In this document: positions 12,207 to 26,000 of the stretch, one piece after another | Layout of the letters: each line of letters starts with the position of its first letter | How positions within the stretch are numbered: the stretch's first letter is position 1 | NCBI GenBank assembly: GCA_028534125.1 | Contig: CM052816.1 | Location: 100,442,001 to 100,506,000 of the forward strand | Origin: Lama glama | Lineage: Eukaryota | DNA: 64,000 nucleotides | Direction of reading: 5' to 3' | Notes under the pieces: generated by a model | What the model was told of the DNA's origin: nothing | The model's database searches: none | What the model saw: only the letters and a program-made list of their open reading frames with translations | Made by a program: the position numbers and the translations under genes

Positions 12207-14409
12207 TTAGCAGTCTATTCATCCTCCTATTGTTTTGATCATGAATTCTTGAAGGGCAATTAATTATGAAGTATGTAAATTTCCACCTCTTATTTATGTT
12301 CTTTACTGCCAGAAAAAGAAGGTTTGTTTTTTTTTTTTGGTACTGCTAAGAGATTACTGACAGTGGAAGTATCTGATGAACTTCCTCAGGTCTCTGGGAG
12401 CAAGTCGAAGCTTGGCTAGACTTAGAAGACAGGGCAGAACCCGGCACTCACTCACTCTTCCCCTGTGGAAGTGCTCACCGAGCACACTGTGCTCCCAGCA
12501 GGGTGCCGTCACCCTGGGAGCCGAGCTGCTGGGACGAGAGTGTCAGGGGAGGGACTGGTCATTCCGAGAAGCTCTGGGGGGCAGCACGGGGGGCTGCGCA
12601 AAGGGGCTCAGGACAGGCTGGAGCTCCGTGTGGGAGGGAGGCCTGGAAGGCAGTGGGGGAGGCTCAGAGAACTGGGGAGGCAGGGGTGTCCTGGGACAGG
12701 GAGATGCTTGGAGAGGAGGCAGAGGCTAGGCTGGCAGGTTCCATGCCCAGTACTGCCGCCTTTGCCCTGCTAATGATGGGAAGCCCTGGCATGGGGTTAG
12801 AAGCGAGGCTGGGGAAGGAGGGGGGTGTGGTTCAGTCAGGGCGCACGTGAGGGGCCTGCCCAGGGTGCCCACTCTTGGTCCAGCGGCTGAGCGCAGCCTA
12901 GGCCCGTGCTGACACTTGAGCAAGTGTTGGGAGGACTAACAGCCTGCACGAGGGGCTGCTTAGCTCACAGGAGGGCCTCCCCGGACTGCGGGCACTCGAG
13001 GGGGCGTCCCTTCCCAGGGGCGGGGGAGTCAGGGCTGCGCAGCAGGCTGCCCTGACAGGGGACCGTAGCTGGGTCTGTGCGCAGGGGACTGCGCGCGTGT
13101 GTGTGCGCGGATCGTCCTCCGCGAGGCTTACACAGAACCAGAGATACACGCAGTAACACGCCACTGTGTGTGAGCACACAATGCTAAGATCTGGGGTGAT
13201 CTTTATGAAAACACTGGCACCTAAATAATATTCACATTACTACTTTTTGTCTCCCTAAAACGCCTGCACCTGTGGGAGGAAAAAGTGCACTGAACAGTAT
13301 CAGCTTCCTGCACGAACACAGGGTGCAGCAGACCTGGGGGAGGTGCGGCCCAGGCCTGGGCGGGGTCCCTGCAGGGCAGGACGGGGCCTGGGGGGTCTGG
13401 GGGGCCGTGACCAGACCGGGAAAGCAGAGGGGAGGCTGGGGGGCAGCAGGCGGGCTACTTCAGAGTCGCGCCGGGCACTGGCCCTGGGCGCTGAGACCTC
13501 TCTGCCCACCTCTGTCTGTGGGGTCCCTCTCCCTCCCCTGCAGACCCAGCAGATTTCAGAGGGGACCCTCCGCTGAGGTGATGAGGCCGTGGTCTAAAAC
13601 AGGGTCCCAGGCTCTGAAGACGCCCTTTTTCTGTACTGGTTTCAGCCGCTCAGCAATGATGCTCTAGTGCCACACACCAGGGGGCCCAGTGACAGGGTGA
13701 CCCACCCCACTTCTAGCGCCCCCAAACAACTCCAAAATTAAGATAAAATGAAATCTAATTTTTAACACACAACCAAAATCTGGTTCATCATCAGTCCACA
13801 ACCCCCTCACGTGACCCGCGGGAGTGGCGCCCCTGGGGTCGGCAGCTCCGCGGACTGGAGGACTGCGGGTGAGCCGCTGCGGGTGCAGCTGGCGCCGCGC
13901 TGCTGTTCTGCGCCCATGAGCACCTGGAGAATGCGGTTCCTGCCTTCCTTGGCTCCGGTGGGCACCTCCCGGGGCCCGGCGTAAGACTACCTCTTTCAGA
14001 ACTTGGCCAAGATTTGTAGCCTATGAAATCGTGTCTTGGCACATCTATTACACAAAACGTTTTTTAAAGAATGGTTAGGGATTGAAAAGAGAAGATGCTC
14101 CATTTCGCTCCCTTCAGAATCTCAGAAACCGATTCTGTCATAATAGGAAAGGCACTTTATAAAAAGCCACAAGCCTGAGAGTCAAATCAAAGGAGAGAGT
14201 TATTTTCTCACCTAAGGACAGACGCTTGGCTCCTGAGTGTCACCGTATGTTTGCTGTCTGGCTCCGGTCCCTGCAGGGTCCTCTGAACACTTCCTGATGA
14301 CCAGCAGTTAAGATGTACCCATTTCTACAGAGTTTGCCAATCTGGGGGACCGTTGCCGCTCTGAGGTGTGAGAAATAAGGTGCTGGTGAGATTTTTAAAT
14401 TACTCTGAG

Positions 14410-14880
14410 TGAAACTGAGAAGTTAGGCATCTCTTGTCTTTTGCTTATTTTTCTATGAGTTTTGTTCTTTTCTTCTTCATTCTTAAAAATTCTGTTACTA
14501 TTCACAATATTACCCCCTTTGCCCAGGCTGTAAGTGGCAACTGTCTTTCCTCTCAGTTTGTCAGGTAGCTTTTGAATTTCCTTACGGCGATTTAGTTTTG
14601 ACATAAACATTTAAACCCTGTTACCAAATTCATGAATATTTTATTGCTTTTGGATTTTCAGCCATAGTTAGAAAAGTTATCTCCACTCCCATTTTAGAAT
14701 TGAATCAACTCATGGTTTTCACAGTTGTCTAATACCCATGGTTTTATTTTTTCCGGTATATGGTGTGAGGTGCAAATCATACTGTACCTTTATCTCAATG
14801 GTGAACCCAGCGCCATTTATGAAAAGATTCTTTCTTTAAGGCAGCGATTTGAGAGGTTAACTTCCTGAGTTATCAACCTT
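14410..14880 (-). mobile_element. Old L1 (L1M) ORF2 fragment
   Basis: T-rich, with antisense L1 motifs (tatatggtgtgaggt, cccagcgccatttatgaaaaga, gttagaaaagttatctccactcc). Heavily diverged. Confidence 0.55.
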
Positions 14881-15055
14881 TCATTTGTGTTTTATTCTCT
14901 CCCTGGACCTTCTTCCTGATTTGGTGAAACTGGAATCCATGCAGCCAGCAGGTTCTAACTTCACGAGGCTGAGAGACGTTAACTGGTCCAGCGGCCTCTT
15001 CTCCCCTCGGAACTGGGCAGAGACAGCAGGGGCGCCACCCCGTCCATGCGCTCGA

Positions 15056-15472
15056 CAGGCGCTGTGCTTCCGAACCCTTCGCTGAGCGAGTCTAAGGCGC
15101 CATTTTTCCAACAGCATTTGTTCGCTTCCTGTCTCTGAGTCACGTGTTGTTAATTCTCAAGGTACTTCAGACTTTTCTCATGGTTGTATCTGTCATGGCG
15201 TCTGTGGCCAGTGATCTCGGATGCTACCACTACGACTTGCTGAAGGCTCCGATGATGGTTAGCACTTTTTAACAACAAAGTATTTTTCAATTAAGTTGCA
15301 TACACTGTTTTTTTCGACCTGTTGCGCACCTAACAGACTGTGGTAGGGTGTCAGCTATGTAACTTTTATATGTATTGGGAAACCAAAGCATTTGTGTGAC
15401 TCGCTTTGTTGGGATATTCGCTTCATTGCAGTGGTCTGGAAACGAGCCTACAGGTTCCCCGGGGTCTGCCTG
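15056..15472 (+). mobile_element. Internally deleted Tigger1 DNA transposon (non-autonomous, Tigger1a-like)
   Basis: Termini are CAGGC...GCCTG. The Tigger1 5' segment (ggcgccatttttccaacagcat...tgtggccagtgatct) is joined directly to the 3' segment (gaaggctccgatgatggttagca...gggaaaccaaagcatttgtgtgactcgcttt...gtggtctggaa). No transposase. Confidence 0.88.
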
Positions 15473-16619
15473 CAGTCAGCAGTTTGTAAAGGCAAGAGGT
15501 TTTCAACTTAAGTGGCCATCACCGAACTGAAAGAGCTGTCAGAACACCTGCCGCCCTCCGGTTAACCCTGGGGACAAAGTCACGAAAGCACGCAACTGTT
15601 TCTACCTGTTTTGTTGCACTTTGAGGGGAGACACATTACCTCCTACAGATCAGCTCATCGACGTTGTAAACGGCCCCGCCTCTCACCGATGAAGCCGGTT
15701 TTTAATTTTCTTCCCTCGACTGAATTACACATCTATGTTTCTTGCCATGAAAGGCAAACACTATTAACTCTCATTCATCGCTGACACTGCAAACTATTTC
15801 AGATTAGGGAACAGTTGTAAAAACAAAGAAAACGTACTAGAAAGGTACGACTGTTGAAATATTACTTTGAGTAGAAATCACAGCCTGTAATTTATCTCCG
15901 TCTGTTAATTAAATGAGGTGCTTCCACCTCACAGCCCTGCTACGGGGCCGGGGAGGGACACGCGCTCCCCACGCAGTGCGCGTCCTCACGGGAGGAGGCC
16001 CGCTCAGCGCAGAGCAAAACCGGGCGCCTCCTGAGTAAATCACAGGGTTCATCTCTTCTCGGTGGGGGGGTGGGAGGGGAGGACCTGGGGAGGGAGACGC
16101 TGGCGTCCTGCGGTTTTCAGGGAGATCAATCTCGTTCTCCAGTCCGCGGGGAACACTACCCGTGCCTCGGAATCGCTTGAAATAAGTCAAGGTTCGTTGA
16201 AAAAGATGTATTTAAAGCCACCTCTTTATGGAGATGGAAGCCCTCTGGAAGGAAGACTCTCTGACACTGAGGAGCGTCTCTTCCCTTCAGGAGAGCAAAC
16301 GTCTCTAAAACACGAGGGCGGGCTCCGGGTCTGAGTCTTTAACTACTTTCTACAATTTCCCCCTTCTTGGGGCTTCCTGAACACATCAGCGGGAAAAAGA
16401 GAGGCTCAAATCGAGTTTTGAAGGAAATAAAATTTAATAATTAAAAAAATCAAAGTAATAGTTAATGATTTGCCCTCAAAGAAGAAGTAAGTAAATATAT
16501 ATGAAACGAACAGTAGCAAGTACAGTGAAGATCGTGTGAACCCAAAAGGCAGCAGCTTTGCTTTCTTCTTCTTGGGCAGAGAGGTTTTGAAACTTTCTCG
16601 TGTCGATAACTGAAAACCA

Positions 16620-17050
16620 CCCCCCCCCAGCCTTCGCCGTCCCCCGGAGACGCCACGGTCGGCCCGGGCCCAGGCGCCCGCCCTCGCCCCGCTCCCGGGG
16701 CGTCTCAGGCGTCCCCTCTGCGACCTCAGCGTCTCTCCCCGGCGCACCTCTCTCCCGGCTGAGCTCCGCGCGGCCCGAGGCCTCGGATGCTGACTGCTTG
16801 CGGCACTAGGGAAGCTCTTCGCGTGAAAACCGCTGACCTCCTCTCAGCGACCCCCTCTCTCTCGTCAGTGAGGCCGGGGGTCCCTGCTGCTGGGCCTTGG
16901 TCCTCCGGTCTCTGCCAGCAAAGGGAAAGGCTCCCTGGGGTCTGCACACCGTGGTCAGCGAAGGAAAGACAGGCCGCTTTGCCATCTGAGAAGGCGCTTC
17001 CGGTTCGAGGCCCCAGGAGGGGGCTCGACCAACGCACACGAAGGGCGGGC
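16620..17050. promoter_or_regulatory. CpG-island-like segment
   Basis: Very GC-rich with dense CpG (e.g. cggtcggcccgggcccaggcgcccgccctcgccccgctcccggggcg) and GC-box-like motifs. No gene could be linked to it. Confidence 0.5.
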
Positions 17051-20000
17051 TTTGAACATCTGATGGTCAGGTGGAAGGGAGGCGTTGGCAATAGTCCTAC
17101 GTTGGGACCTCCCTAACTCACAAGCACGCTCAAGCATTTCCTGTATTCAGTCACTTTTGGTGGGGATGAATCTGAATAACCAAAAAGCTGAGTAATAGTG
17201 TGCAAAACTCTATTTTGCTTGAGATCATGACCCAAAGGGGGCGGCAAAAATGTTCCCACGTGTGCATTCTACTTAAATAACAGGATGCAAGTAGGGGAGG
17301 GTGCAGGGTAACTGAGCCGGCGGTAACGCCTGGGGGCTGCCCCCTGGCCTCCGAGGGCCCGGGCCTGGAATCCTAACCCCGGGGGTGGGGTCGGCCACTC
17401 TTACCGAACATCCCTGGTCACCAGCCAGTTAGAAGAGGTCTATGCACGCCTAGACCATTAAAAGCTCTTCGGAGGGTCTGACTATGTGAGTGGGGCCAAA
17501 TGATCTGTTTTTAATGTAAATATTTTGGCTCCCTTAAGAGTTATCAAATCAAAGATTCTGCTGTTCCTGCACTTTAAATACTTTCGGATGGTACTTTGAA
17601 ATAGGCTCGCCTGACAAACTCTGCCAAACGATGTTGGGTGTTGGGGCCCCTTTTGGGGATTTGCTCGGTCTGGGGGTCCTGTTCTGCCGGCCAGGCCGAG
17701 GCCTGCAGCCCGAGATGGAGTTACAGGTGGGGGCCAGCACCCTGGGGGGGGGGGCAAGCACTGCAGGGTGAGGTGGCCACGAATCAGATCCCGAGAAGGG
17801 GAATGTGGGAGAGGGCGAGGGGGGTGGGGCGGGGGGAGGAGAGGTGGGGGAGGGGGAGAGAAATACATGTATTTATTTATATAATATATAGAATATTTCC
17901 ACTTCTCGGTTTCCCTGGCTTGGGGAGGGGGCGCTAAGCATCCTTGCAGAGAGCAAACCATGTCCAGACGGAGGGCTTGGGGTCAGGACTGGGTGGCGAC
18001 ACGGGCGAGGACAGGGCGCTGCCGACCACTGAGGACAGACTCTTCCAGGGAAAAGCAGGTGGGGAGAGAGCTGAGCCGGCGTCCTGTGTGTCCTGCCAAG
18101 TGCAGTTCTGCAGAAGATGCCCACCTGTCCTCACTCGGCCACGCGCCGGGGAGAACCGCCCCGCGCGCACAGGTCCCGGCCGCTGCGCTGACATGGAGCC
18201 TCCCTGACCGAGGCAGCGGGCGGGGTCACCCTTTACTGAGACTTAGCGTTTCTCCCCTTGAGAAACCTGCTTTCCTCAATGAGGAACATCTTAGAAATGG
18301 TTTAGAGATACTCACCCTTGTCAATGACAGTTAATTTTAAGGTTAGGATTTAATAGCCTGTTTCAGTCGACTTGTGTTTAGAAACAGGATGGTTCTGATT
18401 ACAGTGATGACATAAAGCCTTATTTTAAATGAACTTTATTAAGTTAAAAAAAAGAGTGAGTCTGTCTAATGAAACCAGCAAACAGGGCACAGGGAGACGG
18501 GCTCAGGAGGGCCCTCGGCTGCCTGGCCTCCAGGAAGCGGGAGCTGCCCGGGAGCGCGGCCGCAGCAAGCAGCCCTGCTGGTGCTGCCGGAGAGGGATCG
18601 GCGGGGAGTCCAGGCCCAGGGGCCGAGGGCACCCCTCGTCGTGGCGACGCCGAGTGAGGAGAGGCGCTCCCTCCTCGTCCTGCCGGAGGCAGAGCCTCTG
18701 CAGGGCTTTGTCCGGGTACCACACCTGTTCCCTCGATTGTGCTTGTGAAATGGGTTCACTGCACTCACCCCCCAGACACAAGAGCTTTTGTAAAACAGAC
18801 TGAAGAAAGAAGCCTCAAACCACTGTGCCTAATTCCTGGGGGAAAACTGCTCGCAAGCTGATCGTTCACACGAAATCTGTCCCCTCGCGTCTGGGACGTG
18901 TCCCCCAGCTCTGCCCCAGAAGGTCTCTCCCGGGCGGTTCACTTTACCCCGCGGATGTCTTTATTAGAGGAGGCCATTCTTTGCCAAATCGCTTTGCCCG
19001 TGGGGTTTTGTTCTGCTTTTGTAAGGAGAGAATTGGAAAGATTATGCAGGTTTTATTTCAGATTGCGAGCTGCTTAGAGTTGCCCAGAATCGACAGGAAG
19101 ATTTCCCAAGCCCGGCCGGGCCATCTGCTCGCGGCCCTCCCCGCACACGGGCTCTGTTAGTGAGTCGTCCCAAAGCCCAGTAATTTTGTGATCGTGACCA
19201 GCGTGTGGACCCAGCACTCTGCTGTAAGAATGACGAGAATAATGACAAAAAGAAACAATGTAATTATTTAAAAATAAACTTTCAAGCACTGCTTTCTGGA
19301 GCTGAGTTGGAGAGAGAGCCTTTTGATAAACTGATGCTGAATTCCAGAGGTGACAAGAAAGAGAAGGCTGGCCCCAGAGGCCTTCCGAGGATCACGACGC
19401 AAGTCGGAGTTCAGCGCCCCGGCCGCGTGCGGGGGGCCGGCGTGGTCGCGGGGAGCCTGGGCCTTCGAGGGTTGACGGGAGTCTGTCCTAATGAAGGGAC
19501 ACGCTGCAGTCAGATCCGGGGCAGCGTCCCCCCACCCCCGCTCACCAGGCAGAGGTTTGCGCCTGCGCTTGCAGGTGGTGAAACAGAAGAGCGCGCGACC
19601 TGAACAGTGGCTGAAATCTGACCGCACTTACCTCCGCCCGCCGTGGCCGCGGGACGTGCTTGCACTGGGGCTGCTTATAGATTCCAAACACACATCATCA
19701 GAGACACTGCCAGTTCCGTCACTTTCATGGGGGCCCGAATGTCGCACATAACACTATTTTCACAAGAAAAAATCCCCAAGCAAGTGCAGTTAAGACCAGG
19801 TTACGGACGATGAAAGAGGGAATGGAAACGCCAGCATCTTTAATTTTTGAAACTGTTGTCTGGTGCCCGTGACTCCTAAGCTGGGGGAGATGCCGTAGCC
19901 GTGCGCACAGTGGTCCTCACTCAAGCAAAGGCTCATTTTTCGATGATGGCGAAAATGAGAAAAATCTTCCGTGGGTTCTTTTTGTCAAACCAATGAAACT

Positions 20001-23000
20001 GTAAATGGGACTTGAGCTTTTGTGTGACAGTTCTCCCGCAGCTTTATGGCTCCCATTCGGGGCCCAGCAGCCCAGGGCTGTGCGGGACCGGGAGGATGGA
20101 GTGGGGAGGGCCTCCCCCACCAGGGGAAGGCGTTCCTCTCCCTTCACCCTCTGCAAAGAGAGTTACCAGCCTTCAGACTGAGAAGGGCTGGAGCGCGTGT
20201 CCTTTAGCAGCTGACGTGGGATGGGCCGGGATGGACTCTAGGGAGCAGAGTCGAGTTCCTTCCCGCGTGGCAGTTACCGGTTTGACCTTGGCCCGGCTGG
20301 GGGCTCCTGGACCGAGCCGCCCGGCTCCCTAGCTTTCTGCTCCCTGGGCGCATCTTCCTTTGACCCCTGTGGGATTCCGGCTCAGGCCTTCAGAGCCGTC
20401 AGGAAAGGCAGGGGCTCTGTCCCTGGGTGAGGACACTGCCCCCGGGACACCCCGGGTCCCCTGCAGCAAGGAGCGTTTACACGACCTTTATCTCTTGTAG
20501 CTGTTACGGCAGAACCATCAATTAGCTCTCTTGCAAAATAACACCTGGGAAGGCTCTTCACAAACTTGTTTAACCTTTTTCCTCCTTTCCCCTTAGGTGA
20601 CAGGTTAAGATTCACGATTTTTAAATTCTGTTGCAGCACCTGGGTAGATGTTATCATGTTGATGAGAAGGGCCTCCGGGGGCGGTGGGGGGAGGGGTCAC
20701 AGCCAGAACTGCAGTTTATTAAGAAGGAACTTCACCCTGAGAGCAAATTCGGGTGTGCAGCCACGTCCTCCTGCGGAAGAGCTAACTCTGCTGAGGCGGC
20801 CCTGGGTGCCGGGGCCGTGGTGACCACCGGCCTGGCTCTGGACTCTGGCTGCTGGGAGCCCCTGCTCCGAGGGCCCCCCTCGCATGCCTGATGGAGGGAG
20901 AAGGAGATGAGAACACCGTTCACAGGCCTAACATTTCCAGGAAGGAGAGAGGACGGGGAGCATGCAAGTCTTCCCAGAACTCACATCACTCGGTTAACTG
21001 GGGGCATCCTGTCCATCCTTCAAAATTTGGGTTCAATTTAGGCTCCCGAGGACCACGCTGGGATAACAGAGTAGATTAAGCGGTGGCCTCAGCTGGCCTG
21101 GCAGCCCCCGCCTAACCCGTGTCTCTAATATTCCACCCCAGCCCCGACCCCCGCGCCTCCTCATTAGCCCAGTTATGAGAGTGACCTGGCCTGGACGGTT
21201 CACACCCGCAGTAGTTTGCTGGTGGAACTCAGGTTTATTGGAAAGACGTAATCTCCTGTGCCTGTTTGTAACAAGCATGCTCTGTGCACACACATTGTGG
21301 ACAGTCGTGTATCTCCTTTCATTCTAAGCTGTCAGCAACATTGCCCCAACTCCAGATCGCCATCAGATTGTGTTTAATGTGCTGCCCCTTTTTTTTCTTC
21401 TGCATCATTAAGAGATGGCTGTGCCTCCAAGCAGCCATGCCTGAGCAAAGGATTGCTAAATTTGGATGTCTGTCTGGAGCTGATCCAGTGAAGGTAACAC
21501 ACTGAACACAGCAGGCAGGGAGGGCGAGTGTCCTGAGCGTGCAGAGCGGGGGCCACGGCCGTGCCCTCCCCATCTCGGGGTGCTGGGCGGGGCTGCAGAG
21601 CAAAACAGCTGAGTGCCAGGGGCCCCAACCCTCAACCCCCCAATGAAACAGCGTCTTTTTACAGCCTGTTTAAAAGAATTTTCCATAATTACAACAAGTA
21701 TGAAATCAGTGAAGCAGAGGGAAACGGAATTTTAGCCCATAAATCAGCTCATGTGGCCTTCCATCTGTCCCCCGGGGGGGCTATTCCAGGGGAAGACGCC
21801 GGCTTGCTCCGGCCCTGCAGTTGGCGTCTCTGCCCCAGCCCTCGCTGGGCTGCGCAGACCCCTGGGGTCTCGGCTGCTTTTATGGGGACCTTGGCTGATG
21901 GAAGAACACTTGGTCTAGAAGCCAGGGGAGAACCCCTGAGGGCTGCGGGAGCCCCGGGCCACCTGTCCAGGGGCCTAGGGGACAGTCGATGTGCTGGGAG
22001 GCCTGAGGACCCTGGCTTGCACTTTACTTCCCCCCAAATAGAGAACCCCCCGCCCCGGGCTGCGGAGCGCTGCATGATTCTGTCTGGAAGCACCTAGAAC
22101 AGTGGGTCAGAGCGACTAGCGCCTCAAAAGGGGCAGGTTCCCCCTTTGCACTGGGAATTGCATGAAGCTCCTGAAAAAGTAAACTTAGGTTCTAATTTGT
22201 TTAAAGACGAGAGTGTGATGCAGACTCAGATTCCAGACACCCTGGAAAGACCTTGGATGAAGCACGGAAGACGGCAGTGAGATTATTGTACGTGGACTGG
22301 AGGACGCGCTTAAAACCACCGAGTTTCAGTGCACTTCGTACCTGTTGGGCCCCCTCCCCAGACATCCCCCTTCCCTGCCAGCCTTTCAGGAAGAAGACCA
22401 GGGCCTGTCCAGGTGCAGGGTGGACATTCAGTGACTTAGGCTCTGACTCAGTGGCTGTGAGAGGCCCGCGCAGACCTGCAACAGGGGCCATGCGCACCAG
22501 GGCAGGCCATCAGAGCCGTGCGCCGGGCTGCCATGCGCTGCGCCTCTGGGTCCCACTCCCTGGGTGTGCCCACATCCCAGCTCACGTTGGCCTTTGGGCA
22601 CCGCAGGGTTGGGGATCCCGGTTCCTCAGGGGCTTGGGGTCCCTGCTTCCCAGCCTGCCTTCCTGGGGGCTGCTAGGGCCACTTCCTCCTGGTGTGTGTG
22701 CCCGTTTGCCACGTGCTCCGCAGCCAGCTCCTCTGGTCCCTCCCGTCTAACTGGTGGGGTGAGGAGGGAGAGCAGATGGTCCTCCGCCCTCGAAGGATGT
22801 CAGGATGGAGAGTCCGTGAGCTGGTGTGATGGTCTGCCTGCCAGAACCCGAGGCTTCTGGGTGTGGCTTCTGGGGGGCCCCTCAGGTGAAGGGCTGTTTG
22901 GCCCCTGTGACCTGAAGCCCTTCTGCCGGCACGTGCCAGCCCAGCCTGGCGTCCCTGAGAGAGCTTCTTGGTGTCTCCTCCTTGTTTCAGGCAAATGAAA

Positions 23001-26000
23001 TTAACAACAGCGTGAGCAACAGCAAGTGGGGTCAGTCCCTGAGCCTCCTCCCCGCATCACATGGACACGATGTCGACACTCCAAGATGAGAAAACAGGTG
23101 ACTAACTCGCGAAGATGCCGAACAGGAAGTTCAGCCTCCTGTGGAGCTGACTCTGGACTTGGCGGGGCACCGTCGGTGCGAAGGTAAGATTTCCCGTCAC
23201 TTCCAATGCCCCAGGCTCCTCATCTGGGACGTGTGTCCCGCGATGTGTGCCCACCTTGATGAAGATGAGATGCGAATCTGAAACAGGACTGGGGTCTGGA
23301 AATTAAAACCGAACAGCAGGACCAAGTCCGTGGCACGCTGCTCCATCTGACTCTCGGTCAGTTTGTTCCTGAGATCTTCTCAGAGAGCCAGAAAAGTCAC
23401 TGCTTCTCGGAAGATCAACCAAAATGCTGGCTGGGGGAGTGTGAAGGGCGGATTCGCAAAGGGGCGGACGGCAGGGGCTGAAGCCGGCACTAAATGACGT
23501 GCACGTTCCTCGGTGCCGACAGAAGTGAAGTTTACAGTCAGTCTCAAGCGGACGTGAACAGAAGGACGAGCTTTGGAAAGGAAGTGAGTCAGAGGCTCGG
23601 GGGCTGGGAAGATTCCTGACGGCTGAGCAGGGCTGCTAACGCCGTGGGGGTGGGGGAGGTGTGGGCCGCGCTTGGCCAGGGCTTTACCACCGCCTTCCAG
23701 AGGGCTCGTCTTCGAGACTCACACCCTCCCCTCCGAGGCCTTCTCGGGCCGGAGAGCACCGCAGGCCAAGAACCAGAGCGAGTCCACTGGAGGTCTGCGC
23801 CTCGTGCCTCTCCGTCTTGGAAGTGGGCTTTGCAATTTCTGTTTCTGCGGATGCTCAGAAAGAGAGGGCTTCCAGCAGTCTGACTGTCGGAAATAACAAC
23901 CGGCGGTTTCTCCGCAGCCTCGGGGTTTCGCTGGGCCTCCTTTCAACTCTCCACCGTCACTCAGGCACCAGCTTCAGCCCGGTCACAGCAGGAGCGTCCC
24001 AAGTCTCCTTGGCGATTTCCACGAGGTCCTCGGCCCCACACCCTCCTTCCAAGATGCTCGGAGTTCAAGGAATCACCTTCCAAGTTCTGTCCCAGACTCG
24101 CAGCTTTCTCAAATGTGCCTCTGATAAATTCTCTCTGTGATTCCGCTTTTAAAATCTTTTTTAAAGGCAAATTCTTCTCACTCTGTCCAGAGAATTGAAG
24201 CCATGTGTGCCTTCTCTGTCTCCATTCATCTACTGACGGACAAGGAGTGTTTGCTTCCTTTTAAGGAAGATTCCTCAACTCTGTGGCTTAAACCATAAAA
24301 AAGGGGAGGACCCCCCTCAATTATCTACAGAATCATTAAAAACTGGTTTGATTGTTTTAAAAATTAGCTAGTGTGACTGAAAAGGCCTCGGGGCACTGGT
24401 CCACAGAAGCAGTCGTCTCAGGACAACAGTGTGCTTAATTCCGCGAGGCTTCCTGGTGCTCAGTGATGTAAGCTGCCGTTGAAGCCAAAACCGTGTCCCT
24501 ACAAACCAAAGCGCCTGTCAGCTGCCCTGGCCCGCGGCCCCTCTTCCCGCCCCGCCGCCCCGCCGCCCCGCCTGTGTGAAGTCCTGTGTATACTCCGTGT
24601 CACCGACAGGCTGGGGAAGCTCATTGTCAACATTTTCATTCCAGGCGTTCTCTCGGTTTGTGAGCTGGAAGCATGGGTCACGAACAACTTTTGCCCACAG
24701 TGTATCGGTTTGTCCCTGCACAGATCTGAGTAAAATGTGCGTGACCACATCACACGAGCAGCCATTACACACCTTCCATATCACAGCCTGTCGGTTCGAT
24801 GCCCCGTCACCCAGCAGGATAGCAGGTCCCGTGGCTACCACTCAACCTGCCGTTAAAACATGCCAGAGGTTCTTAGGGCGTGTTCAGAAAAGCCCAGATA
24901 AGGGCAGCGCGGGAGAGGACGTCTAGGAACTTGGCTCCTGAACGCGGCGTTCGGGAAGTCACCTTTTGCAGACACGTTTCTCACCAAACTTTACACTGAA
25001 TACATTAGAGGGACGTCTGAAACTATAGGTTACTCTTGAGTAGCACTGATTCAGAAAGTTACGTTAATTAGTTTCTTAGAAAGCGAAGCACAATGCATAT
25101 CCTGTTTTGAAACGTGCTTTGACTTTATTGTCTTTTTCTGATGGTGTAAACGCTCTTTGTTGCTGCTTTCTCACCTGCGATCCCTTTATCTCCCATGTTT
25201 ATTTCTTCTGACAGTGAAGTCTACCGAGCCAATAAACACGCTGATTCTCCATAAGGACCCACGCGGGGCATCGCTCCCCTGACCCACTGAGCAGGCGTGT
25301 GGAGCAGGGCACAGTGCTACGTGGCCTCACGGAGCCACACGGTCCACGTGGACATTCTCAGAGCCCGTGTGTGAGAAGCCCCCCCCCACCTGCGGCAAAG
25401 GGAGTGTGTGAAGACACGGGGCCTCCGTCAGCCTGGGTCCTGAGTGACCTGGATGGATGAGCAGGGCCACCCGCCAACCGTCCATACGTACACGTGGTGT
25501 GAAGGGAGGTTATCCCTTTGATCCACTGAGGGTGCAGGGTTGGGAGCGGCCACCAGCGTCCCCTTGCCTCCCAGACAGGCCCACCTGTTATGGTTGCTGG
25601 CGCGCGTTTTGTGAAAACGCTGCTTCATCAGTGAGCTTCATACATCTAGGTTAGGACCCCCTCGCACGTCTGTTTAGAATTCTTCTCAAGGCCTCACCAC
25701 GGGAGCCTCACGGGGCGGCTGTAAAACCAGCCCTGGCATCTGTCTCTCAGGGCCTCTCGGGCATGGTGTTTCCGGCGGGCAAGGCCAGCTGGAAGTCGAG
25801 GCGGACCAGGGGGACCGCGGGCATGCAGGCGAGGGCTCCCCCTGTGTCCAGATGCAGCGTTTCGCCTGGCATGGGGGGCCAGGGCTGCGCGGAGCTGCGG
25901 CGACCAGGCTTCCTTGGTAGAACTAGCCCTCGACGCAAAGGGAGGCATTTCAGACCCTTAGAAGGAACCCCGGTGTGGGCCGCTCACAGAACCGAAAGGA

